DNA of 64,000 nt from Escherichia coli (GCF_011045215.1 NZ_CP049201.1), one strand, 5' to 3'. Counted from the first letter of the stretch, positions 39,281-50,088 are shown. Numbers and translations are program-made. Notes: generated from the letters alone by a model not told the origin.

Positions 39281-39919
39281 GTGGCATCATATCGTAACAA
39301 TGGTTTTTTTGGCCTGGTTGACGGCCTGAACTTTGCAGTACAGTACCAGGGTAAAAATGAACGTAATGATTTAGATCATTATACCAAAGGAAACGATGAT
39401 GGTTTCGGTTTCTCCACTACCTATGAATACGAGGGGGTCAGCGTTGGTGCAACTTATGCGAAATCTGATCGTACAGACATGCAGGTTCGGACAGGGAAAA
39501 CGCTCCCGGAGTTGACCGCTTCCGGTAAAAATGCAGAAGTCCGGGCGGCCGGTCTGAAATATGATGCCAATAACGTTTATCTGGCAACAACCTATTCTGA
39601 AACACAGAATATGACAGCTTTTGCTGGTGACTTTATTGCAAATAAAGCACAAAACTTTGAAGCAGTTACACAGTATCAGTTTGATTTCGGTCTGCGTCCG
39701 TCCATCGCTTATCTGCAGTCTAAAGGTAAGGATCCTGGTATGTGGGGTAACCAGGATTTGGTGAAATATGTTGATGTTGGTGCGACTTACTACTTCAATA
39801 AAAGCATATCCGCGTTTGTTGATTATAAAATCAACCTGCTTGACAAAAACAATTTCACGGATGTTCTGGGTATTAACACAGATGATATAATTGCCACTGG
39901 TCTGGTATATCAGTTCTGA
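39281..39919 (+). pseudogene. C-terminal ~210 codons of an OmpC/NmpC-type general porin (N-terminus missing)
   Basis: ...[22 protein letters not shown]...[29 protein letters not shown]...[13 protein letters not shown]...ATGLVYQF; in-frame stop at 39236-39238 and no N-terminal half upstream. Confidence 0.8.
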
Positions 39920-40552
39920 GTTAATTCTGAAAGATATACCGGAGAGGTTCCACCTCTCCGGTATATATGTGGTTCCCTCAAACCACTTTCCTGAGATACA
40001 ATTTTGTATCTGTCTGAAAATAACCTTCTGTTGTTTATCTTTATTCCAGGGGCGTTTTCGAATCCCATTTTGACAGATATTCGCGCGACTCAGAAACATC
40101 ACATATAAGGATGTCTCCGGAAAATAGTTCCCCCTCCGACATGATTTCACTTGTTTGTTACAATAGGGGGGATTGCGTTCCTGCCACATAAATTCCCACA
40201 ATCCGTGGTCAGGTTGTTTTCTCCAGTTTTACAGTACAGATAACCGAAGTTGTACCGGTATCAGGTAGCTCATATTCAGTAATATCGTCATTGTGTACAG
40301 ACAATCCTGCCACACACCAGGACTCCCGATAACTACTCACCCCATACAGAAAGGGAAGGATGTAAATTCGGTTCGCCCCTGTTTGTACTACATACTCCAA
40401 ATATTCAGATAATTGTCCGGGATTCAGGATAACTACCTCATTAAATTCTTCTTTCCACTCACGAATGGGTGCATCATGTTTTCAGTATACCTACCGTTGT
40501 CAGGATGCGGGAGAAACGATCCTTTATCCACCTTTTATATTCTTTACTGTGG

Positions 40553-41065
40553 TCACTCGTTACATAACTTCTGTCCGGACTCACCATGCCGCTGTTTACG
40601 CTTCTCATTCAGTATCATCAGCCGGGTTTCTGCCTCTTTCTGCTCCTGTGGTGTCACTTCGCCGCATGGCTGCCCTTTCAGGTCGTAACGGGCGCCACCG
40701 GCCATTAACGCACGGTAATAGCGTGGGGACTGTACATAAGACGCCACCGCCGCACGTAATGCACCTGTACCAAATACCTGTTTTCTGAGGGTGATATCCT
40801 GTATCAGGTCGTCAGCTATCCCCACTTTAATTGGCTTCGGATTTTCACGGTTGAATAACTCAGGCCAGAGCTCCACAAGACGATTAATACGCTTACGATT
40901 TTTGCGCTGGCGTTTTGTCATATGCCGCCACGGTGTTTTATTCGCAGGCTTCTGTCTGTCATTCACTTGTGGTGGTATCCGTCCTTTGTGTGCTGTGTTC
41001 GTTTTATCCTGCTGTGGCTTAGCAAAAATCCCCTGCGGTTTACGGTTAATGGTCAGCGTTACCAT
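40553..41065 (-). CDS. ProQ/FinO-domain RNA-binding protein
   Basis: ORF 40553..41257; preferred start Met 41065; C-terminal ...PIKVGIADDLIQDITLRKQ...ALRAAVASYVQSPRYYRALMAGGARYDLKGQPCGEV... aligns with ProQ N-terminal (FinO) domain. Confidence 0.75.
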   Translation of the reverse strand: MVTLTINRKPQGIFAKPQQDKTNTAHKGRIPPQVNDRQKPANKTPWRHMTKRQRKNRKRINRLVELWPELFNRENPKPIKVGIADDLIQDITLRKQVFGTGALRAAVASYVQSPRYYRALMAGGARYDLKGQPCGEVTPQEQKEAETRLMILNEKRKQRHGESGQKLCNE

Positions 41066-41903
41066 CAATACTTTTACCTTATGCTGTCGTAAAAAATGGA
41101 ATCTCATCCGGGACATTTTCCGGTGGATATAAGACAGCCCGGTGTCTGTATTGTTCCTGTCACTTACGATGAGTGCATTTGTAATCAATAAATATCGGGG
41201 GTGACGGTCATCCCGGAACAAATGACTGAAAACGGCGTCAAAGTTACAGGAAAACACCGTTTATCGACACCGGACAAAAGAGCGTTGTCGGTATCCGGCT
41301 CAAAAGCAGGAATAACAATCAGCGTCATGGCGTGGTGAATGCCGGTGCCAGGTAGTCAGCAGGTAATTATTGATGGCAAGACCAAAAGGTGCGTTAAACA
41401 AACGAACCCTGTCAGTGGTGAATATGGTACAGCCCGGTGAGGTAAAATATTTTTCACTTGAACAATTTTTAAAGAACCGGAAACGAACCAAAATGGGGCG
41501 TCGTTCCCGGAAGAACTCATCTCAGACAGAGGGCCAGGAACAAAAACAGTGTGACGGAGTAAAGGACCGGGAGCTTACCGGTAATTCAGCACCGGCAGAA
41601 CAATCTTTATGCCACGTATACTCCGGATGTTCACTTATCAGCGGTCATGGCTGAATACATAGTTGTGCTGGTGATATTGATGATGTTCTGTCATGGGGAT
41701 GGCTGGTGTGTTTTGATAATCCGTAACTTGTATGCCCGCACAGAGCTGTTTCATCTGGTGGATATGACAGTGATGAAATCATGTTGTACCGCTGTTAAAA
41801 ACAGTCGTTCAGTCCTTTATGTTACCCGTTTTGGTAACAATCAGTTGGTCATGGACGTGTGAACCATCTGTGCTTCCATTGAATTTTATGGACTGATAAA
41901 GTT

Positions 41904-42563
41904 TTGTCAGATGAATTTTTATACGGAATTCTTTTCAGTATGCATACACGAATTGATTATCTGGTGAATAAATACAGTTTTACAGAACTGAATGAATCTC
42001 CACGTCTTCGTCGGCAGTGGCAGGATGTTCTGGAGGAGTGCCGGCAGACAGAGGCCGGGCCAGAAGAACGGCTGCGTATTGCACTGCTGAATGTGGATTA
42101 CGTCACCAGTTTTGAGCTGCCTTTTCGCTTGCTGCTTACCCGGACACCACAACTGATTGCCGCGCTGCGTGAAGAATGGGGCATCAGCCAGAAAAATGTG
42201 GTGTTCAACGATAAACGGTTTGGCTGCGTGTACAGCCTGAAGGCCAGCCTTTCGGGTGTGCCGGATACATTCCGGTATCATCTGTCTCACCGTATTCGTC
42301 GCGTGGTTGGGAATGAAAACACATCATTGCCATATCAGCAGGTTGCCCGGGAAGTGAAAGCGTCCCGTGAACGGCTGAAGTATGCGCTGGAAGCAGGTTT
42401 ACTGGTGACCGCACTGGACGGGCTGTTCTGGTCTGGCAGTCAGCGTATTGCGGCTGATGTCCTGAGATTAAGACAGAGCGGAATGCCGGTAGTGACAACG
42501 AATGTGGAGGTGCACGATAACCTGACGGGAACAACCCGCAAAGTGCCGGCATACCATCTCTGA
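41904..42563 (+). CDS. Hypothetical protein (cryptic-prophage-type; family not confirmed)
   Basis: 219-aa ORF with plausible coding composition; no motif recognised. Confidence 0.35.
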   Translation: MSDEFLYGILFSMHTRIDYLVNKYSFTELNESPRLRRQWQDVLEECRQTEAGPEERLRIALLNVDYVTSFELPFRLLLTRTPQLIAALREEWGISQKNVVFNDKRFGCVYSLKASLSGVPDTFRYHLSHRIRRVVGNENTSLPYQQVAREVKASRERLKYALEAGLLVTALDGLFWSGSQRIAADVLRLRQSGMPVVTTNVEVHDNLTGTTRKVPAYHL

Positions 42564-42935
42564 TACGACCATCAGGGGGGGCTCTGGCAGCAGTATGACA
42601 TTCTTTATACTTTTACCCGTGCCTGAAAACATGTGCTAAGGAAACGGGAATGGCAAGGTCCGATTACGATATTATCAATCTGTCTCTGGAACATGAACTG
42701 AATGAGTGGCTGGCAGAGAGAGGTTATGCCGGACTGGCGGATAACCGGAACCGCCTGGCAGAGGTGGTGACCCGCAAATTGCAGGACAGCTTTTATATAA
42801 ACGTTTCCTGGGATGCGCTGAACACAGCATACAGTGAACACCCTGAGTGGTTTTCAGGGCTTGTCTCCGGGGATGAGAATTAATAAGTGGATTATGCTGC
42901 CATCAGGCAGTGTGATTGCCGGCAGGGATTTCGTT

Positions 42936-43127
42936 TTATTCTGTTTCTTCCCGGGGTTCGGGTTTGAATTTTCCCAGGAAGTTGTACATCGGTCGCATGC
43001 AGGGATGCGGATAGCCGTCCCGCATAAACACCACCCGGGTTTCCTCAACACTGGTCACGGTGACAAGCGCACCATGATCGTCTCTGTATCGCTGATTGAT
43101 TTTCGGTAATGGAATATCTTCTGACAT
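42936..43127 (-). CDS. Small hypothetical protein
   Basis: 63-aa ORF immediately upstream of the T6SS promoter region; no family recognised. Confidence 0.25.
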   Translation of the reverse strand: MSEDIPLPKINQRYRDDHGALVTVTSVEETRVVFMRDGYPHPCMRPMYNFLGKFKPEPREETE

Positions 43128-43474
43128 AGATTTCAGAACGGTAACAGTTAACTAAAATTTCACGTGGTATCGCTGAATCAGGAGACGGCGTTTCCTGATT
43201 CACACTGTCAATTTACTGTTTTACGAAACATTTTCTCCTCCCTTCTTCCTGTGTGTTTTATTGCGCACTTCCTTTATGCCATTTCCATTTCCCGAAACTC
43301 GCTTAAGTGTTGCTAAAACATTGCTCATCGCAATTTTCAATGACCGAAATCAAATATCACTATTTTTTATGCTAACCAACTGTATTAAAAGCATTCGGCG
43401 GAATAATTTTCTGCGGTTTTCTATTAATCATGGTTATAAGTTTTGCATTATGCTGGTTTTACGACACGGGACAG

Positions 43475-43560
43475 AATAAAGATCTGTATATTTGCTATAT
43501 ATCGATCGATACATCTGTCATATTGAGATTTTACAGATCTTTACTCTATAATGAGCAAAA
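43475..43560 (+). promoter_or_regulatory. T6SS promoter region with three clustered GATC sites in an AT-rich segment and a TATAAT -10
   Basis: GATC at 43481, 43504, 43536; TATAAT at 43547-43552; ~80 bp upstream of tssB. Confidence 0.55.
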
Positions 43561-43632
43561 TTAAATCAGTGCACAAGGGGAGGCATCTGCGGTGATGGAC
43601 CCCCTGAGATGCAGGCTTCACAGGAGAGAGTC

Positions 43633-44130
43633 ATGAGCAGTTCGTTTCAGAATGAAATCCCGAAAGCAAGGGTAAATCTGAAATTAGACCTACATACAGG
43701 TGGTGGGCAGAAGAAAGTGGAGCTTCCGCTCAAACTGCTGGTTGCCGGTGATTTCAGTAACGGACAGGAAGAGCGTCCACTGTCAGAGCGTGTAAAAACG
43801 GATATTAATAAAAACAATTTTAATGATGTTCTGGCAGATATCTCCCCGTCTGTGCGTCTGAATGTGGAGAACACGCTTGCCGGTGATGGCTCTGAAGAGA
43901 GCATCAGCCTGACGTTCCGCAATATGAACGATTTCACGCCAGAGCAGGTCGCCCGACAGATTCCCCGTCTTAAAGCCATGCTGGCCATGCGCAGCCTTCT
44001 GCGGGACCTGAAAGCCAATCTGCTGGATAACGTGACTTTCCGTAAAGAGCTGGAAAAAATTCTGCGTGACCCGGCACTGAGCCAGACGCTGCGTGATGAA
44101 TTGCGTGCACTGGTGCCGGAAAAGGCGTGA
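43633..44130 (+). CDS. tssB: T6SS sheath small subunit TssB (VipA)
   Basis: ORF 43609..44130; start at Met 43633 after AGGAGA; size and ...KARVNLKLDL...LPLKLLVAGDFS... typical of TssB. Confidence 0.9.
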   Translation: MSSSFQNEIPKARVNLKLDLHTGGGQKKVELPLKLLVAGDFSNGQEERPLSERVKTDINKNNFNDVLADISPSVRLNVENTLAGDGSEESISLTFRNMNDFTPEQVARQIPRLKAMLAMRSLLRDLKANLLDNVTFRKELEKILRDPALSQTLRDELRALVPEKA

Positions 44131-44151
44131 TTTAACGGATTACGAGAGAAA

Positions 44152-45696
44152 ATGCTGATGTCTGTACAGAAAGAAAAGAACGTCGCAGAGAGTGTGGTAT
44201 CTGAAACGCATACCGGCGACAGCGTATATGCTTCCCTGTTTGAAAAAATTAACCTGAATCCGGTATCTGCCCTGAGTGCACTGGATATTTGGCAGGATCC
44301 ACAGGCCATGTCAGAAGCGTCTGCAGATGAACGCCTGACGGCAGGGATGCAGGTGTTTATGGAGTGTCTGGCAAAAGCCGGTACGCAGGTGGAAAAACTC
44401 GATAAAGCGCTGATTGACCATCATATTGCAGAGCTTGATTATCAGATCAGCCGTCAGCTGGATGCTGTGCTTCATCATCCGGAATTTCAGAAAGTTGAAT
44501 CCCTGTGGCGGGGCGTGAAGTCTCTGGTGGATAAAACGGACTTCCGCCGTAATGTGAAAATTGAGCTGCTGGATCTGTCCAAAGACGATCTGCGTCAGGA
44601 TTTTGAGGATGCGCCGGAAATTATTCAGAGCGGTCTTTATCTGCAGACCTATGTGGCTGAGTATGACACGCCGGGTGGTGAGCCCATTGCCGCCCTGGTT
44701 TCGGCCTGGGAGTTTGATGCATCTGCACAGGACGTGGCACTGCTGAAAAATATTTCCCGGGTGGCGGCATCCGCGCATATGCCGTTTATTGGTTCAGTTG
44801 GCCCGGCGTTCTTCCAGAAAGAAACCATGGAAGAAGTGGCTGCCATCAAGGATATTGGCAACCACTTTGAACGTGCCGAGTACATCAAGTGGAATACTTT
44901 CCGTGAGACGGACGATGCCCGCTATATTGGTCTGGTGATGCCCCGTGTACTGGGACGCCTGCCGTATGGCCCGGATACCGTACCTGTCCGCAGCTTTAAC
45001 TATGTTGAAGAGGTGAAAGGACCGGATCACCATAAATATCTCTGGACGAACGCGTCTTTTGCCTTTGCCGCCAACATGGTGCGTAGTTTTGTCACCAATG
45101 GCTGGTGTGTTCAGATCCGCGGGCCTCAGGCCGGTGGTGCGGTGCAGGATTTGCCAATCCATCTGTATGATCTGGGAACCGGTAATCAGGTCAAAATACC
45201 GTCAGAGGTGATGATCCCGGAAACGCGGGAGTTTGAATTCGCTAATCTGGGCTTTATTTCTCTCTCTTACTACAAGAACCGGGATTATGCCTGCTTCTTC
45301 TCCGCCAACTCCGCCCAGAAACCGGCGCTGTACGATACGCCGGATGCGACAGCGAACAGCCGTATTAATGCCCGTCTTCCCTATATCTTCCTGCTGTCCC
45401 GCATTGCGCATTACCTGAAGATCATTCAGCGGGAAAATATCGGTACCACCAAAGATCGCCGTCTGCTTGAGCTGGAGCTGAATAACTGGATCCGGGGACT
45501 GGTGACGGAGATGACCGATCCGGGCGATGAGCTGCAGGCCTCGCATCCGCTGCGTGACGGAAAAGTGGTGGTGGAAGATATCGAAGACAATCCGGGATTC
45601 TTCCGCGTGAAACTCTACGCCGTACCGCATTTCCAGGTGGAAGGTATGGATGTCAGCCTGTCACTGGTTTCGCAGATGCCGAAGGCAAAAGCGTAA
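44152..45696 (+). CDS. tssC: T6SS sheath large subunit TssC (VipB)
   Basis: 514 aa, follows tssB. Confidence 0.95.
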   Translation: MLMSVQKEKNVAESVVSETHTGDSVYASLFEKINLNPVSALSALDIWQDPQAMSEASADERLTAGMQVFMECLAKAGTQVEKLDKALIDHHIAELDYQISRQLDAVLHHPEFQKVESLWRGVKSLVDKTDFRRNVKIELLDLSKDDLRQDFEDAPEIIQSGLYLQTYVAEYDTPGGEPIAALVSAWEFDASAQDVALLKNISRVAASAHMPFIGSVGPAFFQKETMEEVAAIKDIGNHFERAEYIKWNTFRETDDARYIGLVMPRVLGRLPYGPDTVPVRSFNYVEEVKGPDHHKYLWTNASFAFAANMVRSFVTNGWCVQIRGPQAGGAVQDLPIHLYDLGTGNQVKIPSEVMIPETREFEFANLGFISLSYYKNRDYACFFSANSAQKPALYDTPDATANSRINARLPYIFLLSRIAHYLKIIQRENIGTTKDRRLLELELNNWIRGLVTEMTDPGDELQASHPLRDGKVVVEDIEDNPGFFRVKLYAVPHFQVEGMDVSLSLVSQMPKAKA

Positions 45697-45711
45697 GGCA
45701 GGCGTCGGGAA

Positions 45712-47049
45712 ATGAAGATTTATCGTCCACTGTGGGAAGACGGGGCTTTTCTGATGCCCCAGCAGTTTCAGCAGCAGGCTGCCTGGGATGTTCATCTGGC
45801 AGACAGCGTTGCCAGAATGGGGCTGGCGCATCCATGGGGCGTGGTGGCTGCAGAGTTTGATGACTCTCTGTTACCTCTTTCACGGTTGAATGCCACCCGT
45901 CTGATTGTTCGTTTCCCGGACGGAACGCTTATTGATACGGAACGCGCGGATAATCTGCCTCCGGTCTGTGATTTATCGACGGTTTCTGATCGTTCCCTGG
46001 TGGATATTGTGCTGGCACTACCGTTACTGAATGCTAACGGTGGCAACCTTGATAATGGCAGTGAGAGCGAGCGTCCGCGTCGCTGGAAATCAGAAAGGGT
46101 GAATGTGCAGGAGCTGGCCGGGCATGAGCAAAGCGAAGTGGCGGTATTGCGGCATAACCTGACTCTGCGCATGGCTCATCAGGAAAATGCTGCCTGGCTG
46201 ACCTGTCCCGTTACCCGTCTTGTTCGTGATGCACAGGGACAGTGGTGCAGGGACCCGCGTTTTATTCCCCCTCTGCTGACGCTGTCTGCCAGTCCTTCGC
46301 TGATGACTGAACTTGCGGAGTTGCTTCATCACCTGCAGGCGCGTCGCCAGCGACTGATGTCCATGCGTCGGGAGAACAATGCCCGTCTTGCGGATTTTGC
46401 AGTGGCGGACGTGTCGTTGTTCTGGTTGCTGAATGCCCTGAACAGTGCGGAGCCTGTTCTGAAAGAGTTGCTTGACATGCCTTACCGCCACCCGGAACTG
46501 TTGTACAGGGAGCTTGCCCGACTGGCAGGCTCCCTGCTCACATTCTCGCTTGAGCATAATGTGGATGCGGTTCCGGCATACCATCATGAAACACCTGAAA
46601 ATGTTTTCCCACCTTTGCTTTCTTTGCTGAACCAGCTGCTGGAGGCAAGCCTGCCTTCCCGTGTGGTCTTCATTGAACTGAAACAAAATGGTGTGATGTG
46701 GGAGGGGGCATTACATGATGCGCGTCTGCGCGAAGGGGCTGATTTCTGGCTTTCAGTGCGCTCTTCCATGCCCGGGCATGAACTGCAGACGAAGTTTCCG
46801 CAGCTATGCAAAGCCGGAAGCCCCGATGATGTGTCTGAGGTGGTGAATGTGGCGCTGAGCGGGGTCATTATCCGTCCGGTTACGCATGTACCGGCGGCCA
46901 TTCCACTCCGGCTGGAAAACCAGTATTTCGCGCTGGATTTAAGTACGGATGCGGCCCGGGCGATGCTGGACGCGGGGCGTTGTACTTTCTACACCCCGGC
47001 ATCGCTGGGGGATGTGAAACTGGAACTTTTTGCGGTGCTGCGGACATGA
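45712..47049 (+). CDS. tssK: T6SS baseplate protein TssK
   Basis: 445 aa; N-terminal MKIYRPLWEDGAFLMPQQFQQQ... characteristic of TssK. Confidence 0.85.
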   Translation: MKIYRPLWEDGAFLMPQQFQQQAAWDVHLADSVARMGLAHPWGVVAAEFDDSLLPLSRLNATRLIVRFPDGTLIDTERADNLPPVCDLSTVSDRSLVDIVLALPLLNANGGNLDNGSESERPRRWKSERVNVQELAGHEQSEVAVLRHNLTLRMAHQENAAWLTCPVTRLVRDAQGQWCRDPRFIPPLLTLSASPSLMTELAELLHHLQARRQRLMSMRRENNARLADFAVADVSLFWLLNALNSAEPVLKELLDMPYRHPELLYRELARLAGSLLTFSLEHNVDAVPAYHHETPENVFPPLLSLLNQLLEASLPSRVVFIELKQNGVMWEGALHDARLREGADFWLSVRSSMPGHELQTKFPQLCKAGSPDDVSEVVNVALSGVIIRPVTHVPAAIPLRLENQYFALDLSTDAARAMLDAGRCTFYTPASLGDVKLELFAVLRT

Positions 47050-47699
47050 ATAAACCTGTTATCTCCCGGGCTGAACAGATTTTTTATCCCGGCTGGCTGA
47101 TGGTCAGCCAGCTGCGCAGCGGGCAACCGGTTGAGGATGGTAAGGCCCTGTATCGCCGTGCCTGTCAGCTGGTGAAACAGGCGCGTGAAGAGCTGGCCGA
47201 AGCAGGATTCAGTCAGGAAAACAGTGACACCATGTTGTATGCCTTCTGTGCCCTGCTGGACGAGAGTGTGCTGAACCGCGAAAAAACAGATGATGGCTGG
47301 CACACCTGGCAGCAGGACCCGCTGCAGGCTCATTTTTTTGGTACGCTCAATGCCGGTGAAGAGCTCTGGGAGCGTATTCGTGAGCAACTGAAATTACCAG
47401 CGCCGGATGTGGCGGTACTGACATGCCTCTGCCGTACGCTTCAGCTCGGTTTTACCGGTCAGTACCGGTCGCAGGATGATGAGCGTCGCGAAGATGTAAT
47501 ACGCGCACTGACAGCGCGTGTTCCTGCATTTACTTTCGCACAGGATGCGCCGGTGGTGGTGCGTGCACCGGGTTACCGTGCTGGCAGAACGATGTACTGG
47601 TTGTCATGGGTGGCGGGTATTGTGACGCTGGCTGGTCTCTGGTGTGTGCTTTCTTCTGTGCTTGCAGACCAGGTGGCACGGCTTACCGGACAGGGATAA
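47046..47699 (+). CDS. tssL: T6SS membrane-complex protein TssL (DotU-like)
   Basis: ORF 46980..47699; start at Met 47046 (ATGA overlap with tssK stop); single C-terminal TM helix (...WLSWVAGIVTLAGLWCVLSSVL). Confidence 0.85.
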   Translation: MNKPVISRAEQIFYPGWLMVSQLRSGQPVEDGKALYRRACQLVKQAREELAEAGFSQENSDTMLYAFCALLDESVLNREKTDDGWHTWQQDPLQAHFFGTLNAGEELWERIREQLKLPAPDVAVLTCLCRTLQLGFTGQYRSQDDERREDVIRALTARVPAFTFAQDAPVVVRAPGYRAGRTMYWLSWVAGIVTLAGLWCVLSSVLADQVARLTGQG

Positions 47700-47701
47700 C
47701 C

Positions 47702-49432
47702 ATGCACGTACGTTCCCGTCTCTGGCTGACAATACTGAGTCTGTTCCTGACACTGTGGCTGATTTCGGGATTCCTGCCGCTGTCTGTAGTAAACCAGATA
47801 ATACTGACCCTGGTTTCAGTTGTGGCGGCGGGGCTTGTGCTGTGGTACCAGTGGCGTTGTCTGTCTTCCCGTCGTGATATCCCGGAGAAGGCCGGCGATG
47901 ACGGTCTGCCGCCTGAGTATTTTCAGGGACATGTGCTGCTTGTTGCCGGAAACTCAGATGCGTGGTTCGAATCCGGTCAGGCATACCGGGAAACAGCATC
48001 GGGATGGTATCTTCGTGTGGATACGCCGGAGCAGATGAGAATACTGGCAGAACGGTTGTCGTATAACCGTCCGGCCCTGTGTGGCCAGGTCGTGGTCATG
48101 CTGGGACTTTTACCGGAGCAGCATACCTCAGATGAAGCTTTTCTGCCGTGGTTGCGGAACTGGCAGCGTGCAGTCATGCAGTGCCGGCAGTGGCTGAATA
48201 CCACGCCACCGGTGCTGGTGACATTGATGGTTTCAGAGCCGTCACCACAAAACACATCCTTAAATAAGCACTCTGCACACTGGTTTACACTGACACCGGA
48301 CCTGCCGGGAATGCATATACGCCTGACAGAAGCCGGAGCCATTCCGGCAGAGGAATGGCTGCTGGCGTGTGATGCAGCGTCCAGGCTCCGGTGCGTCAGT
48401 GAACTGTTATGGCTGAATGCCATGTTGTCCTGGTACAACAGGGTTACTGATGCCCTGACAGATATTTGCCGGCAGGAGCACTTTTATTTCCGGCCGGTTG
48501 CCGTTGGATTCTGTCTGACGTCGGTTGCGGCCCACCCCGGTAATCTCTGGCAACAACAACTGACGTCCCTCACTGCACTGCCACCGTCTGCCGGCGTGTC
48601 ATCACAGGCACTGCCGTTGCCGGATATTCTGCTGTCCGGTATCCCCCGTCATCGTGGACTCAGTCACTGGCACAGACTTTGTCGCCAGACAGGGGCGATT
48701 GTCGGTGTTTTTCTTCTGCTGGCTATACTGGCGTCTTTTATGAATAACCAGCGACTGGTTCGCAGTGTGGGGGAGCACCTGACGGCCTGGCACCGGATGA
48801 GCGGATATTCATCTGAATCGAAAACAACAGCACTGCAACGTCTTCAGGCTGACAACCAGTTACTGAACGACTGGCAGCAACGTGGTGTGCCACAGCGTTA
48901 CGGACTGGGATTGTATCAGGGAATGTGGCTGATATCGCCGGTTGAGCGAGCGATTAGTGAGCGGGTTGCACCACTGCCTCCCCGTCCGGTGATACAGAAA
49001 GTTACTCAGACGCCGAAAACGGTTCGCCTTAACAGCCTGGCGCTGTTTGATGCCGGTAAATGGACGCTGAAGCCGGGCGCCACAAAATGGCTGGTGAATG
49101 CCCTGGTGGATATTAAGGCAAAAGCAGGCTGGTTGATTGTGGTCAGTGGCCACACGGACAATACCGGTGACCCGCAGCGCAACCAGGCTCTGTCCCTGAA
49201 GCGTGCAGAGGCCGTTCGCGACTGGATGCGGGATACCGGCGATATTCCTCAAAGTTGTTTTGCCGTACAGGGATACGGTGAAAGCCGCCCTGTGGCCCCG
49301 AATGACACGGCGGAAGGCCGTGCGCGTAACCGCCGTGTTGAAATCAGTCTGGTACCGCAGGCCGATGCCTGTCGTCTGCCGGACGCTTCCCCTGCGCCGG
49401 AAGAGGGCGCATCAGAAAACATAACGGAGTAA
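47702..49432 (+). CDS. tagL: TagL-like T6SS accessory protein: polytopic inner-membrane protein with C-terminal OmpA-type peptidoglycan-binding domain
   Basis: ORF 47606..49432; start at Met 47702; N-terminal TM helices, third TM near residue 370, C-terminal ...VVSGHTDNTGDPQRNQALSLKRAEAV...RNRRVEISL. Confidence 0.75.
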   Translation: MHVRSRLWLTILSLFLTLWLISGFLPLSVVNQIILTLVSVVAAGLVLWYQWRCLSSRRDIPEKAGDDGLPPEYFQGHVLLVAGNSDAWFESGQAYRETASGWYLRVDTPEQMRILAERLSYNRPALCGQVVVMLGLLPEQHTSDEAFLPWLRNWQRAVMQCRQWLNTTPPVLVTLMVSEPSPQNTSLNKHSAHWFTLTPDLPGMHIRLTEAGAIPAEEWLLACDAASRLRCVSELLWLNAMLSWYNRVTDALTDICRQEHFYFRPVAVGFCLTSVAAHPGNLWQQQLTSLTALPPSAGVSSQALPLPDILLSGIPRHRGLSHWHRLCRQTGAIVGVFLLLAILASFMNNQRLVRSVGEHLTAWHRMSGYSSESKTTALQRLQADNQLLNDWQQRGVPQRYGLGLYQGMWLISPVERAISERVAPLPPRPVIQKVTQTPKTVRLNSLALFDAGKWTLKPGATKWLVNALVDIKAKAGWLIVVSGHTDNTGDPQRNQALSLKRAEAVRDWMRDTGDIPQSCFAVQGYGESRPVAPNDTAEGRARNRRVEISLVPQADACRLPDASPAPEEGASENITE

Positions 49433-49437
49433 TTTTT

Positions 49438-49929
49438 ATGGCAATTCCAGTTTATCTGTGGCTGAAAGATGATGGCGGTGCAGATATCAAAGGGTCCGTG
49501 GATGTTCAGGACCGTGAGGGCAGCATTGAGGTGGTGGCTCAGGAGCACTGCCTCTACATCCCGACGGATAACAACACCGGTAAGCTGACCGGTACCCGTA
49601 TTCACACACCGTTCCTGTTTACCAAGGAAATTGATTCTTCCAGCCCGTACCTTTACAAGGCCGTGACCACCGGGCAGACCCTGAAGTCTGCTGAATTTAA
49701 GTGGTACAAAATCAATGACGCCGGTCAGGAGGTGGAGTACTTCAATACGAAGCTTGAGAACGTGAAGGTGGTGAAGGTTAATCCGGTCATGCACGACATC
49801 AAGAATCCCACCTACGAGAAGCATAACCACCTTGAACAGGTGGAACTGCGCTACGAGAAAATCACCTGGACCTACAAGGACGGCAACATCATTCATTCCG
49901 ACGCATGGAGTGAACGTACCACCGCGTAA
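49438..49929 (+). CDS. hcp: Hcp (TssD) T6SS tube protein
   Basis: 163 aa; MAIPVYLWLKDDGGADIKGS... typical Hcp N-terminus. Confidence 0.95.
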   Translation: MAIPVYLWLKDDGGADIKGSVDVQDREGSIEVVAQEHCLYIPTDNNTGKLTGTRIHTPFLFTKEIDSSSPYLYKAVTTGQTLKSAEFKWYKINDAGQEVEYFNTKLENVKVVKVNPVMHDIKNPTYEKHNHLEQVELRYEKITWTYKDGNIIHSDAWSERTTA

Positions 49930-49937
49930 TTCTCCCG

Positions 49938-49976
49938 GACGGGCAGGGCATCCTGTCCGTCATTTTTATTTTTTCT
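49938..49976 (+). terminator. Rho-independent terminator after hcp
   Basis: GACGGGCAGG-GCAT-CCTGTCCGTC hairpin (10-bp stem, one mismatch) followed by ATTTTTATTTTTT. Confidence 0.6.
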
Positions 49977-50088
49977 TCAGCATCTGTTGGCGGGTGCTGA
50001 AGAAAAAATTCTCAATCCTGAACACAGACCTGATGCGCCTGGGTTACGGCGAAGGGCGGTAGCGTGCCTGACGGTCTCCTGACAGTGA

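Noticed and set aside
39371-40201. 276-aa ORF on the minus strand
   Set aside because: Antisense to the porin remnant whose homology is unambiguous; no motif
43647-44309. 220-aa ORF on the minus strand
   Set aside because: Antisense to tssB/tssC; low-complexity Ser/Arg-rich
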